This document shows positions 49,486-61,948 of a stretch of DNA of 64,000 nt, in pieces. The notes beneath the pieces were generated by a model that had not been told where the DNA came from, did not search any database, and saw only the letters and a list, made by a program, of their open reading frames with translations. Both the position numbers and the translations under genes were made by a program. Each line of letters opens with the position of its first letter. Position 1 is the first letter of the stretch. The DNA comes from Tubulanus polymorphus (taxonomy: Eukaryota; Animalia; Nemertea), in NCBI RefSeq assembly GCF_964204645.1, contig NC_134034.1, positions 8,754,962-8,818,961 of the forward strand. Direction: 5' to 3'.

Positions 49486-52017
49486 GATTCATGAGGATCA
49501 AATGGGAGTGTACTGACTGTACGGAAGTGTACTGACTAACTATATGTATTTGAGAATGTACTGGAACTGACCATGTTATCTTGCGTATTGGAAAATCAAT
49601 GTAACCTTAGTACAAAGAAATAATCAAAGCCTTTACTACAGCTACATTACATTTAATTGAAAATCTTTACTCAGAAATAAAACACAATGTACTCAGATTT
49701 TTGTATTTCATTTTCGTGAAATACAGAAATGTAACTAAATCAAAAGATCGATATTCTTTGTGCAATCGTCATTGTAAATGATGAAATATCTCAATCTTAA
49801 ACATCTGAATAAAAAAATGAATATACGTGGATAACAAAGGTCAAATATCACCAGTGCGTTCGTAATTCAACGACAAGGTATGTAGCTCCAGGAGTTCTCG
49901 AGGGCAGTTTTGCATTATATTCCTAAATTACTTACTTTTCTATTTTCCCTATTTAAAAGGTAAAACGTTCTATATCCTAAACCTATATTTATACCGAGGA
50001 CACCCAGGACGCAATTAAGATAAGTGTGCTAAGCACCCAGACTCTAATACGTAGTTTTAGACATTTTTAAGACATTCTCTCAACTACATCCCAGTTAACA
50101 CCAACCCAAGCACAGATCCGATTTTCGTGTACAAATCATGTGTGAAGAACACCAATATGCTATCAGTATATTATCTGCTTATACTATAGTCGCCAACGGG
50201 ATCTTTGAATTCCAGTCACAACACACAGAGTTCCTGTCTCCAAAATTACTTTTATTTAAGGATCTGATCTGGACGATCTTGATATTTCCAGCGGTCTCCC
50301 TTAGCTGTCTAAGAACCCCAGCATATATAATCAATTCCCGACCCAATCCATTTGCCACATTACCAAAACCCATTAACATAGTCGTTCCCTCAGCACTATA
50401 CCCATTAAAAATACCATTAAGAATCTGGATTAATTAGGAAATACCATTTAGCACTGGATTGATTGCGTATTGGTGAATATGAATATATTTATTTTGCGCT
50501 ATAATTACAAGTAATTGGTTTAGGTTCAATCCGAGTACGAAAAGTTTAACGCTCGAAGGTATGAATTATTAATCGCCAAAGTTTGAAAGTTTGATCTCGA
50601 ATGTAGGTTTGTTAAAAGATGGCAGCACTGCCAATGAATTGGGACCAATGAATTGTATAATGATGTATCTTTCTCTTTTGGACCTAAATGACAAACAATT
50701 TCATCTATATTGTTTATCAGTTTACTATTGCTGACACCCAGTGCACTAGTGGCTAATTTTGAACTATTTCTTTGCCATAATAGTTTATTATTAAATATAC
50801 CAATACAAGCATATACAGTATATACACTAGCAAAGCATCAATCCGACACTTTATGTACATTTTGGGTGACTTTTATATTCATCCTAGAACTACATTTAAA
50901 CAGAAATCCCCTATTCTTGCAAACTCCAAATTCTAGAAGGTTCCAAGTGTTTTATTTTTTTTGAGATGATCGAAACTTTGTTTTGTATTGGTTTCGTAGC
51001 TCTTTATACGATTTTATCGGAGAAGTCTAATCCATCATATGAGAATCTACGCAAAACGTATACTCGCTTACCGCAGCTTCGTGGTAGAATCTCAACATCT
51101 ACAGTTTTACAGTCATAATTATGTCATTTTCTCGTTTTATTGGTATCATTTATCGTTCTAGCCTACATGGTTAACTCCTTTATATCTTCAAGATTATAAT
51201 GGTATTAGTTTCCAAAAATATCTGATAATAATGACCGTATATCGCGCTGTCATCTATGGCCTGTAACAGCGATTTATTGTCTTGTTATTGCATTGCTAAT
51301 TTAGCTTATAAGTAATTTTTGAGGAATCAAAGGCATATAACAGTACATTCATGTACTGAAAAAATATAAGATACTTCGAACTTCAGTGCCCGGTGGCTCT
51401 TGGTGGTTTTTAGTTCGTTAATTTCGTTAAATTTTACTAGAACTGTCGATTTCGAACGATTTTCTTCTCATTCCGCCCCATAAGATCAATTTTTGAGGAA
51501 TACTTAATGTATAGAAAATTCAGTTTATTCCAAAATTATCCAGGGCAATGCAGCCTTTTCGAAAGAAAATCGAATGATTTAGATTTCGATCTTTTATTTC
51601 AATCATACTAATTTCCATTTCTCAAGCACGCGTGTGCGATCATTTAAAGGCTTAACGACTATTTATTTAGTTAAATCCTCCAAAAGTTTATGAGTTGAAA
51701 TATGAATGTAAGGGCGGTGGCAAAAAGTCAATTTCAAAATTTTTCATCATGTAAAATCGTAGAAAAAGCCTGTCCCGGGTTAGCGGATATAGTTGACGTG
51801 GTTTTGTTTGTATAGGCTCGAAGCCGTGAACGCTGATACGGCGAGTGTAGCGCACCCGTGCGGATTGTGTTTACAAACAGAATGGGGAGCATGCGCACTG
51901 CAAAAAAACAAGATGGCGGAAACTCTCTTGTGAAGAAAAATCTCGATGGCGGGCCTAGGCCAGGCACGCATCCAAAACATAAACTTACTGGACAGTAATA
52001 TCATCCCTCCCATTTAA

Positions 52018-52657
52018 AGGGCAAATGCCATCAAAATTGTACTTTCCGCGATTTCTTAACCAGAAGAAACATAATAGCGACCTAAGATGTGACTTATTGA
52101 AAAAAGGAGCACGAATTAGCCGTAATAGTTAGCGGAATAGTTATTAATTTATCCTTCACTCCGTGCGTATAGTTCATATTCAACCCGCGGGTGGCGCTAT
52201 TTATGATGTTAAGTATGACAATCAACACAAGCACATGTGCGCGCTAGTACGCGTAGCCTATGTATAATCGATAAAATAAACATCATTTGTTCACCGTATT
52301 CACTGACCTACAGTGCTACTCACTTATAAACGATTATCATGGCATATACAACGGTAGCAACACTTACAAAGGCAAGAGTTTATTTATTCAAATCACTCCT
52401 AAAACGATAAAATACCGCATGAAATGTCTAGTGAAATGACTGTAAGCGGCAAGCGTTTGTCAGAGATGACGTCAGAAACACGTACCAGCTAACATAAACA
52501 ATAACAGTGAGCACGTGCTGAAATTGCCGATTGAAAAATGATATTTCTCAGTAATGGCTGAACTTAAATTCAAACCAGTTCCATATTTGATATTTGTGAA
52601 TACATCACATTTGAAAATGAAATTTACACAATATTCTATTTTGATGGTATTTGCTCT
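52018..52657. mobile_element. Non-autonomous Kolobok-type MITE (640 bp)
   Basis: TTAA on both flanks. 20-bp TIR AGGGCAAATGCCATCAAAAT / ATTTTGATGGTATTTGCTCT with 2 mismatches. Confidence 0.8.
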
Positions 52658-52774
52658 TTAATCCACTGCTATATCATTCCACTAGCTTCAATAAAATTTC
52701 AACTCTGCAACAGAGGATCGAAAGGGGTAGATAAAAACCCACCTAAATTAAAGAATTAAAAAATCGAGAATTTA

Positions 52775-52850
52775 TTTATTCAAACAATCTTAGATCTAAA
52801 ATACACGACGTTTCGATCGCACCCCATAGATCATCGTCTGGGAGAGGGGC
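52775..52850 (-). other. Penelope-like terminal repeat remnant with degenerate minimal hammerhead motif
   Basis: Minus strand CAGACGA-T-GATC..loop..GATC-GAAAC-GTCG followed by AATAAA. Core deviates from CUGANGA. Confidence 0.45.
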
Positions 52851-54082
52851 ATAATAATAATAATACACGTAGGTTATAAATCAATTTTGAACAATAATTT
52901 TAGATTTTTGAATTGAAACTTAACTTTCAAACCCAGAAATGTGAACAAAATTCTATTAAATTTTAGTCACATATTTTATTTATTCCAAAACAGACGGTTG
53001 ATCATTCCATACCTTGTATGTATTAAAACACAATGTGCCGGTATCTTGTTTGAAGTGGTTAGTGAAACTAAGTGGTTAAGATATAACAGCAGAAAAGCTC
53101 TTCCATAGTTAGCCTAATATGTGCACAGCCTAAATTATGGTGATGTTTTTTTCTTTTTATGAATAACATGTCCCATCCGTTGAATTATTTAATCGATAAC
53201 GAATGCTCTGAGTAAAAACCTGAGTGTCACTGTTGCTATCGGACACACGTGAGCTCTTTGGTACCAGAATAAGGAGTGCCAAGCTCGGGACTGGGTGAAG
53301 TCCTGAAATGAATTATTCAGGTTGCATCTAAAACACTAAAATCAAAATCGGATCGAAAAAACCAAAGGGTGGTTAGAGGTATGTTCTTTAAGACAGACCC
53401 TCGTGAAAGGCACCGGAGTAAAATCATGTGTCGAGTGGAGATGATATCATTGTGTCAAAATATCTTCAAAATTGACAAAAATAGAATAGTTTGAAAATAA
53501 TGATTTTATATTAAAATCCGTTATAAAAAAAACTTCTATAGAATCAACGAAATGTAATTAAGAAGAATACTATGTTTATAATTTTATTCACGAAATTAGA
53601 AAAAGTTTTCCAAATTTGCTGTGAAACTCTTGTCGGCCAGATGTGTTCCTATCAAACAACCGACCGCAAGTCGAGTCGAGGTGGGATGTGGCCTACACTG
53701 AAAATCTCAAGTGCTGAAGTTTAACCACCGGTGCATCTGAATGTCGGCCGTAAATAAACTGAACGGAAAGGGCCTAGTTAGATAAAATTCTAGTCAAGTA
53801 CAGACGGGTACATATCGTGTGATACAGGCTCCATATATTTCATGTGCATTTGGAATTTAAAGGACTACTGAACACTATTCCAATATGCATCGTATTTTTC
53901 CACTATAATGTTGATTAAGTAACACATATTCCATATTGATTCCTAAAAACATTTACACGAAATTCTTTTAACGAAAAAAATAAACATTTGTTAGATCTCC
54001 GTTGTTTTGTTTACTCTGACCACGTGTAATGAGCAGGTCACGTGAGTAAACGTCAGCGCGAGAAGTTACTTTGTAAACAAAC

Positions 54083-54985
54083 ATGGCGGATACAATTAAC
54101 AACGTAAGCAACAGCGATGAAAGTTCAGAAGATTATTAGTCAGATAATAATTATATTGAAAAGGAAGACATCGAGTCGGGCAGTGAATTATCTGTGGAGA
54201 CTGTAAACGTGGCAGAACCAATTCTAGATCCATATCTATATGAGCCAGATGCATCCGACTCGGAAGAGGGCGACCGACCTGATGACAGGCCGGATAGACT
54301 GAATATATTAGACGTGGATCGCCAAGATGAATGGAAATAAATAACTATTTTAAAAAAAAACTATTCATAATAAGGCCAAATATTTTGTTCACGGCACTCC
54401 TAAGAAAAAGTATTGTCTAACTAACCATACACTTTTATTACAACGTGGTAGGCCTATTACTCACTGCTCACAATACGTAATTGTCATCGAACTCAACAAT
54501 AGTTGTTGTAGTACGTTACTCGAGCGAGGCGTAGCATACATCTTTGTGTTAGTTCCTTTCTAGGGATGTTTAACTTTCGATTTGCAGACTCAACATGGTA
54601 ATTCAAAATCATTTTCTCTTTCCTTGGTGTCATTGCTCTCATTGCCAGATATTGGACACTGAGCCAGAGTGTATCTGCTGCCATGAGGTTCCCGAGGTCA
54701 AAAATAAATTAGACCAGCTCAATGCAAGGACCAGGAGACGACCATTTCACTTGCATGACTGATACGCCATCATTTCAGTCAGTGTGTTTGGATGTTTCGG
54801 TGCTGGAAACAGCCTGGTATGGGTTTCGTTCGCAGTATGGCCGTAAAGCGTTTCAGGGTCCGTTACCATACAAATATAGGCACATTGCATATAGACAGTG
54901 TGTTCGATGGAGCTGGGGATTCTGCGGCAAAAACAAAAGAGTACTATTGCCTGCAGGATTCCGTCTACCTCCGTTGGAAAACTAA
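54083..54985 (+). pseudogene. Kolobok accessory protein with P2X7 intracellular (ballast)/nanor-like Cys-rich domain
   Basis: Acidic N-terminus with PYLYEP, then WCHCSHC.....ECICCHE, C.T....F..VCL and YRH.AYRQ.VRW.WG..G...RV.LP. Premature stop, frameshift and C-terminal deletion. Confidence 0.85.
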
Positions 54986-55680
54986 AACGCAAATTTTAGT
55001 TGCAATGTATAAAATATTTTATTAATTTACAAGAATAAATGATTTGTATATATTTTACATTAAAAAAGTTGTCAATCATGTCATCTTGAGCCGAGTAATA
55101 AGAAATTCAAATAACTACGATGATATTAACAGCAGTAAATAGTCAAGTGGTTATATTAATTGTCAACCATGTCACTTTCCAGAATTTCGCAAATCACTTC
55201 ATCAATAGATTCGGTGTTGACAGTTAGTTTTCGAAATTGCTTTTTAGGTTGAGTAGCGAGGGCAGTTGATTTTGATATTCCTTTGACCTTTTCGGTAACC
55301 CCCTTTGATGTATGGAATCTTGATGTATGGTAGATTACCGCTTCATCCTTAACTACCCTTTTGCGATCCGCGATCAATGTGGATGGTGCATTTATTTTAG
55401 AGGAATAATGCGGGCGTCTCTTTATGTTGTTAAAAACTTCTGCAAAGCATAACTTGACGTAATCTGAAAAAAATCTTTTTTATGAACCAGAGTAATTTTT
55501 AGTAAATAATATCACACTTTGTTAGCTTCAGCCTACCATAAGTGGCTGTTGTCAGAATTTTTCTTAAAACGTGACCATCTTTATACTTTGGATAGTGCAT
55601 CTGTCATCCGGTGTTGTCATATCGCGGAAAGACGGAATCGCAGAATTTTCGGAAAACGCGGAATTTCTTCATTTTTACTA

Positions 55681-56672
55681 TAAACGGGTTTTCCCACGGG
55701 GATACCCACTGTCGGACAGGGCACCGGACCCAGGTTTTCAACACCGGGAATTAGTATTTGATAATTTATTATATCGCCAGTCAACAACTTAACGATACTG
55801 TTCCAAATAATGGAGAACCTAGGCAATACGTGCTTTGCGAATTCAGTGATACAGAGTATCGCTGCATTAACTGAAGGAATACAAATCGATGGTACGTAAA
55901 CGTAGGATTTGTGATGACACCATGGGTCATTCTCAAGGACTCACTTCCGAGTTAAGATTTGACTCTGGATTCTGGATTTAAAACATTGGAAATGAATTGA
56001 TTCTAAGTAACTCAGAGTTAACTCACAACTGTGGAACTGGATCGATGTCAGACGAAAATAAATAGACATTATGTATATTTCATTCTGGCTTAGGATTGTT
56101 CATGCGTGTTGTATGTCTACATTGTTGTTATAAGCGAAGAATGTAGTTTATCTTTTAGAATTAAATGATATGAAAGATTATAAAATGGTTTCGTTTTTTT
56201 AATTTTTACTTTGTGACTGCTATAACATATATGTTCCTATGCTGATTATTTGGATCAAAAGAATCTTATTGGTACCGGAACTGGACGGCCGTAAAATTAT
56301 AATAGTTTCAAAGGAATTTGAACCGGTACTTGTTTGATCGTAGGATTTCATGTTTGCAACCATCTACAACTACGGTCCGACACCGAGAACGTGCTCAATA
56401 TTTATCTGATAATATTCGTTTCTGAAGTTCTCAAAAAGTCGATGAACTTCGATAACCGAAGTTTGCCTAGTAGAAATAGACATTAGGTGCCTGGTCTCTT
56501 TCACCTCACTTGATTCTGACTTCTTCTACAGGTGGCAGCCATTCAACTGTATCGTAATATAATAATTCCATATAAAATTGCCTGCAAATAATGGGATTCG
56601 AACCTAAGTCGTTGCATCGATCGGTCCGGTGCCCTGTCCGACAGTGGGTATCCCTGTGGGAAAACCCGTTTA
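55681..56672. mobile_element. ~1-kb TIR element (possibly Academ-like) with 3-bp TSD
   Basis: 50-bp TIR TAAACGGGTTTTCCCACGGGGATACCCACTGTCGGACAGGGCACCGGACC with 1 mismatch. CTA on both flanks. Confidence 0.8.
55810..55891 (+). pseudogene. Ubiquitin-specific protease (C19) Cys-box exon fragment
   Basis: Reads MENLGNTCFANSVIQSIAAL, followed by a G/GTACGT donor-like site. Confidence 0.65.
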
Positions 56673-56687
56673 CTATTCAAAGTAAAA

Positions 56688-57544
56688 GGTCGTCATTAGT
56701 TCCAAGACGAGTTTGTCGATGACGTCATTGGTAAATAATAACATAACCACGTGCGTGAGGAACAGACTTAAATACAAAGACTTTATTCAACCAATTCTGT
56801 GCGCCGAATTGTATGATCATAAACAAATTGCCGCAATCTTTTCCTTCGTTATCATCTTTCGATGATTCTTTGTTCAACATTATTCAAAAACGAATAACCA
56901 CTAGTTTGTAAATAAACAAAATGAATTATTTACTTGTGTAGAAGTAGTAATGTTCATTTTCTTGCAAGACTTATAATGATAAAATCAAATAACTCTTGCT
57001 AGTAGACTATTGATGTGTTTTTAGATACCCATTCAACAATAGCCGGAATCATAGAATAGTTCAAAGTTCTTCAATTCGTCTATATGTGATATGATATGTG
57101 AAACTGGGTCTACTGAAAATTCGAAACCCTGTCCTATTTCAGTAGTATGAACTAACTGATAGCTTATCATTAGAGATTTCAGAAAAAAAACAACATAAAA
57201 CACGAAACAAAACATTCTTTATTTTTCTTCTCGATTAAGCCTTCTCAGTAGAGTTCGATTCAGACCGACATGTCTTTTGCAATCCTTCACAGTAAAGAAT
57301 GGATTAAAAAACGATGTTTTAGATCAACTGCCAGTCCTTTCTAGTCCTGATCAGACTTTTTATCAGGTATTTACTATCAAGCCCGACTGAGCTAGGCCAC
57401 CGTCTGATGCTCTCTCTCAAGTCAAGTTGAAATAGACATTTCCAACTCCTCTAACAGATAAGAGCGCGTACCAGGACGCACGTGGTTATGTTATTATTTA
57501 TATATGACGTCATCGACAAACTCGTCTTGGAACTAATGACGACC
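56688..57544. mobile_element. Mutator/MULE-like MITE
   Basis: ~70-bp TIR GGTCGTCATTAGTTCCAAGACGAGTTTGTCGATGACGTCAT...; 9-bp TSD AAAGTAAAA (56679-56687, 57545-57553). Confidence 0.88.
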
Positions 57545-58813
57545 AAAGTAAAAATGAAGAAATTCTGCGTTTTTGGAAAATTCCGCGATTCCGTCTTTCC
57601 GCGATATGACAACTGTCATCGCTGATCACCAGTCTTCGTTTCAGCTTGAATTCGTTCAGAATTTTCGTTATAGTGAAGTATTGCTATACAGATCCTAATG
57701 GAATTTGAAATGAAGATAGAATGATAATGTACCAGGTAGAACAATGATGTGATTTTCTAAATTCATGCTTTTTCATGTATTTACATACCGACTGAGCATT
57801 CCGACGTAAGAGAAATGTATCATCTTAGGGGCAAAATGATTTAAAATATTATGAAAGCAATCGATACTGCTGGTTTGTCCGTAGCTAGACATATTGGATA
57901 TCTGATTTACTGACCGTGTGTTTGTTGCAAGATTCTCAAATTCAGATGCAACATTGGATCTTAAAAAATTGAAAGATCAATAAATCAAAACGAAAACAAT
58001 TATTTACACTTAATTATCTACCCGGGTAGCTATTAAATAGAGAATAGAAAAATATACCTGGATTTAACCATTTCTTTTTTTAGAATATGATGCGTGGAGA
58101 CAGTTCTCATGATTATTTTGAACATGCTGTATGCATGTCAGCCATTTCTGTTTTATTGTCTCGTGGTCTACTGATTCCGAGGATTGGGCACACCAGTACA
58201 AATGGACTTTGATATTGGGTATCCACTGTTTGATAACCTCCATGTCTTTTTGCTTTCCTAGGCGTTCGAGTTTTCTTGTGACCGCTTGACATATAAAATG
58301 ATAAACAAAATGTAGATCTTTGTGAACAAGCCTTAAAAACCCATTTACAAAATTGTGTAACTTGTGCACCTTTGACACAATGCCAAGTATCATAGTAATG
58401 TGGAATTTTCCAAGTGTTGTGTGCCCATTTTCTTACGGACAAATGCATATCAGTTACGAGAGCTGTGATTTTGAATTTCTTCAGTTTTTCTGCGCATCTT
58501 TTTAATTCTTCTAGTTCCATCGCATTTGATGATGTCAGTTCATTTGACTGAATTATATATTAAAAAAAACAAAATACCTAAAAAACGAATCCACATTCAT
58601 AAACCCTGAATAACTGCAAGGCATACTTACTTGGACTAACTCAGAAGTTATTATTTTATTGCTCTCCAGATTCATTATCGAGTATGAACAGTACTTTGCC
58701 GAGTGGCCAGGTGAGTCACAGCGTCCATCTCCTCCTATCAACAGTGGAGATGATTTGAGACTATCAAGCATAGACTCACGTTTCCTTTCCCAAACTTGTC
58801 GTATAGCGGCATT

Positions 58814-59688
58814 GGATGTATTTCGAATGAAAAATAAACTACATCTAAATCCTGAGTGACTCTATACTTTTCTATGATTGACCCTTATCTCCAATATTGC
58901 AATATGATTTGGGGTACAAATTCTGGAACTATTTTGAACCCACTTTTACTATTACAGAAGAGAGCTGTAAGATTAATTTCTCATTCAAATTACCTAGCAC
59001 ATACAGATCCCATATTCAAACGTTTAAAAATCTTGAAACTCCGCGATATTAATGACTTACAATTAGCTGTTTTCGTTTATAAATTTGCCAATTCCTTACT
59101 GCCTGCATCTTTCAACGGTTATTGGAGATCAAAATTCCAAATACACCGACGTAATACTAGGAAAAAGTTCGATTTAGAAATTGATAGATTCAAAACCCAA
59201 AAACGAAAATTTTCGGTCAAATTGTCTGCACCAATCCTCTGGAATAAGCTACCAAATTCGCTTAAAGAAAAACCTAGTATTAATTCGTTTCGTCTTAGCT
59301 ATAAAAAAACTGAAGTTTTCCTTATAAAGCTATTTTGTGAGCTGTTCAGATGCTCCAATTATTCCTAATTCATCTATTTCTGTGTGGTGTGTTATTATGA
59401 ACATGTGATCGAGTGTGTGAGGGGTGTGTGTGTTTCCGCGTGCATGTGTACGTCTGAGTGTGGTATGAATGTAAGGGGCCTTGCATACATAAGCATTCTT
59501 TTGCTTCTCCAAGACCCTGCCCTTTTATTACAACATGAATATCATCATGGACGTATAGACTAGACCTTAACACTAGTCTATGCGCCCATGATGACACTTA
59601 TATATAACAGTACCCTTGTATTCTTTTATATAACTTTGTATGTGTAATCGTGTTGTAATTCGAGGGAAAATAAAAGTTATTATTATTA
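58814..59688 (+). mobile_element. 5'-truncated CR1/L2-group LINE (C-terminal ORF2 58856-59368, 3' UTR, (TTA)n tail)
   Basis: LY.S.I.PYL.YC...WG...LQKRAVR.I...HT.P.FK.L.IL...WN.LP, AATAAA plus TTATTATTA tail. Splits a Kolobok transposase exon. Confidence 0.9.
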
Positions 59689-60829
59689 TGGTTATACACT
59701 GTTCGCGTTGAAAGGCACTGCATTTTTATGAAGCTGGATTAACAATGAATGTTTGAAATTATATATTGAAATGTATTTTTAAACAGTCGATGAAAATTAA
59801 GGCACAATTTGATGACAAGCATTGGTTTCAACTTACTTAAACAACCTGATCACCTTTGCTGTTAGGCTTCCTGTAAGTAGTATTCCAACACTCAATAATA
59901 TACTGGTAATGGGAATACCCTTGATGGATGGCTAACTCTTCCATGTGGTCCTGTGGTGGTAACACAGCTTACACTGGGTTCTAACTGTCAGACTGGTAGA
60001 AGACACACTCTTCGAGACAAAATAGTAATAGTAATAGTTAGGTCTCCATTTGAGAGTTTGGATCGCTGAAAAAAAAATTTTACATAATAATGATTAAATT
60101 TAATTCAATTTCTATAATCAACAAATGAAATATGAAATTAAAAGTATATTTTTAAATAATACTGATCAAATCTAATTCAATTTCTATAATCAACAAATGA
60201 AATATGAAATTAAAAGTACGTAGGCAACTGTTTTATTCATGATTTCGAATGGATGTAATTACCTTTACTAGATGTGTTAGGTTCAGTTTGAACAGCTACA
60301 GTTTCCCACATTTTATCAAGATCGCAATCACCATCAATTTCGAAGTCAATACTTTGAGGCTCTGGTTCAGCTACACTTGGCTGAGTCGCATCATTGACCA
60401 TCGCTAGCCTCCGTATTTTTTCAAAAGCTGAACGTCCTTTCTGCATCTTCGGACTCAAAAAATCTGCTTTCTCAGGCGAATCAACAGAATTCGACACAAC
60501 AGAATCATTGAGATGTAAAGTTGGTACAGAATCTTTCTTTAATCGAAGACTGAAGTGAAAAATGCATCATAATAGTCAGTTGTTTCCAAACTAATTACAA
60601 GTCGCCTGATTTTACACGACACACTTAGGCCCAGGTCACTCGAAAGTGAATTGAATACGATTTGTTTCAAAAGCTAGAATCAAGGTATCAGTTTATTTTA
60701 TGGGATTGTTGTTTTTAATATACAAACCTATTAGCAAAACCAGCATTGTACTCCATGTAATTGTCGAAGGTCTCCATTGTGGAATGTTTTCTACAGTAAC
60801 AGAGCACACTTGATGACGAAGGCTTCCAT

Positions 60830-61481
60830 CACAGGGGCTTGTAAACTGGCTTGGATTTTACTTCCGGGTTGTTGATAATCTCGCGAGAATGGCGCTAAAT
60901 TTAAACTGCAAATCAATTCAAAATATCACAGAAATACCTCTTGTTGATGTTGTTTATTTATCCACTATAGAGTTTCGATAAACAATTGGCTGTTAAGGAT
61001 CAGTATCAGCGGGCGCGACGCCTTACTATATTAAAATAACAAGGGATGAAACGGCTTCGCTTTTGCCTGTGACCGTATTGATGCGGCGGAAACCACTGCG
61101 CATGCGCGGCAACTTTCCGAGCGCTAGTGAGCTGTCAATCAAACTACACATTATAGAAGAATCAATTGAACTTGAACTGATCTTAACCTTTCGGAAAGTT
61201 GCCGCGCATGCGCAGTGGTTTCCGCCGCATCAATACGGTCATAGGCAAAAGCGAAGCCGTTTCATCCCTTGTTATTTTAATATAGTAAGGCGTCGCGCCC
61301 ACTGATACTGATCCTTAACAGCCAATTGTTTATCGAAACTCTATAGTGGATAAATAAACAACATCAACAAGAGGTATTTCTGTGATATTTTGAATTGATT
61401 TGCAGTTTAAATTTAGCGCCATTCTCGCGAGATTATCAACAACCCGGAAGTAAAATCCAAGCCAGTTTACAAGCCCCTGTG
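60830..61481. mobile_element. Fold-back MITE with 291-bp near-perfect arms (P-element-like termini)
   Basis: CACAGGGG...CCCCTGTG. Arms 60830-61120 and 61191-61481. TSD CTTCCAT (7 bp). Inserted in the THAP exon. Confidence 0.92.
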
Positions 61482-61948
61482 CTTCCATTGGTGGTATTGC
61501 CATTGTGCTCGCTTTGTACTCACAAAAGCAGTCCATACTCTAGCAATATTTGGATCACGCGGCCATTTGAATAACAAGGAATCTTAAGTGTACTACAATT
61601 GTAGTACACACAACGCCGTGGCATAGTTCAAAATCGTTTTAAAATCTTTTTATAACCACTTTATCTCCTGTTGTTATCGCTATCTGAACGAGGCTGATAA
61701 TACTTCCGGGTTCTCCACATCTCGCGCTGACGTCACCACAGGGGATTACCTGAGATTGCTGAGCATCGCGACTACGTATATTTTGGTTTGCCGTAGCGAT
61801 AAAAAACCTCTTAGAAGTATTCGAAATGAAAACAAATGTACCTAAGGTCATTAGATTATCATTTATTACATCTTAATGGATTGATTCAAGGGGAAAAAAC
61901 AAAATTGTTCAGTAGTCCTTTAAACAGAGCGCAAACGATCACGATGAT

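Larger units (their letters stand above)
55609..57612. mobile_element. hAT-like hairpin MITE (~150 bp without its cargo) containing two nested elements
   Basis: ~65-bp inverted arms GTTGTCATATCGCGGAAAGACGGAATCGC...; CTGTCATC repeated at 55601-55608 and 57613-57620 (8-bp TSD; right tip slightly eroded). Confidence 0.7.
55156..61624 (-). pseudogene. Multi-exon THAP-domain Kolobok transposase, interrupted by MITEs and a LINE
   Basis: MPRRCVYYNC...W....C..H...LKKDSVPT THAP domain; GDGRCDSPGHSAKYCSY, S..ME, LVTD.H, DTWH..K, HLYW, HV.N.H, HFAPK and HYNEN motifs across GT-AG exons. Confidence 0.88.
53861..61919. mobile_element. Kolobok DNA transposon, full length but decayed, with nested insertions
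   Basis: 14-bp TIR AGGACTACTGAACA / TGTTCAGTAGTCCT, TTAA TSD on both sides, convergent THAP-transposase and Cys-rich accessory gene. Confidence 0.92.

Noticed and set aside
50090-50437. Possible decayed LINE 3' fragment on the minus strand
   Set aside because: Only vague resemblance (WNS..P); too degenerate to support.
61063-61536. ORFs within the fold-back element
   Set aside because: Incidental frames in palindromic non-coding arms, partly fused with THAP exon sequence.
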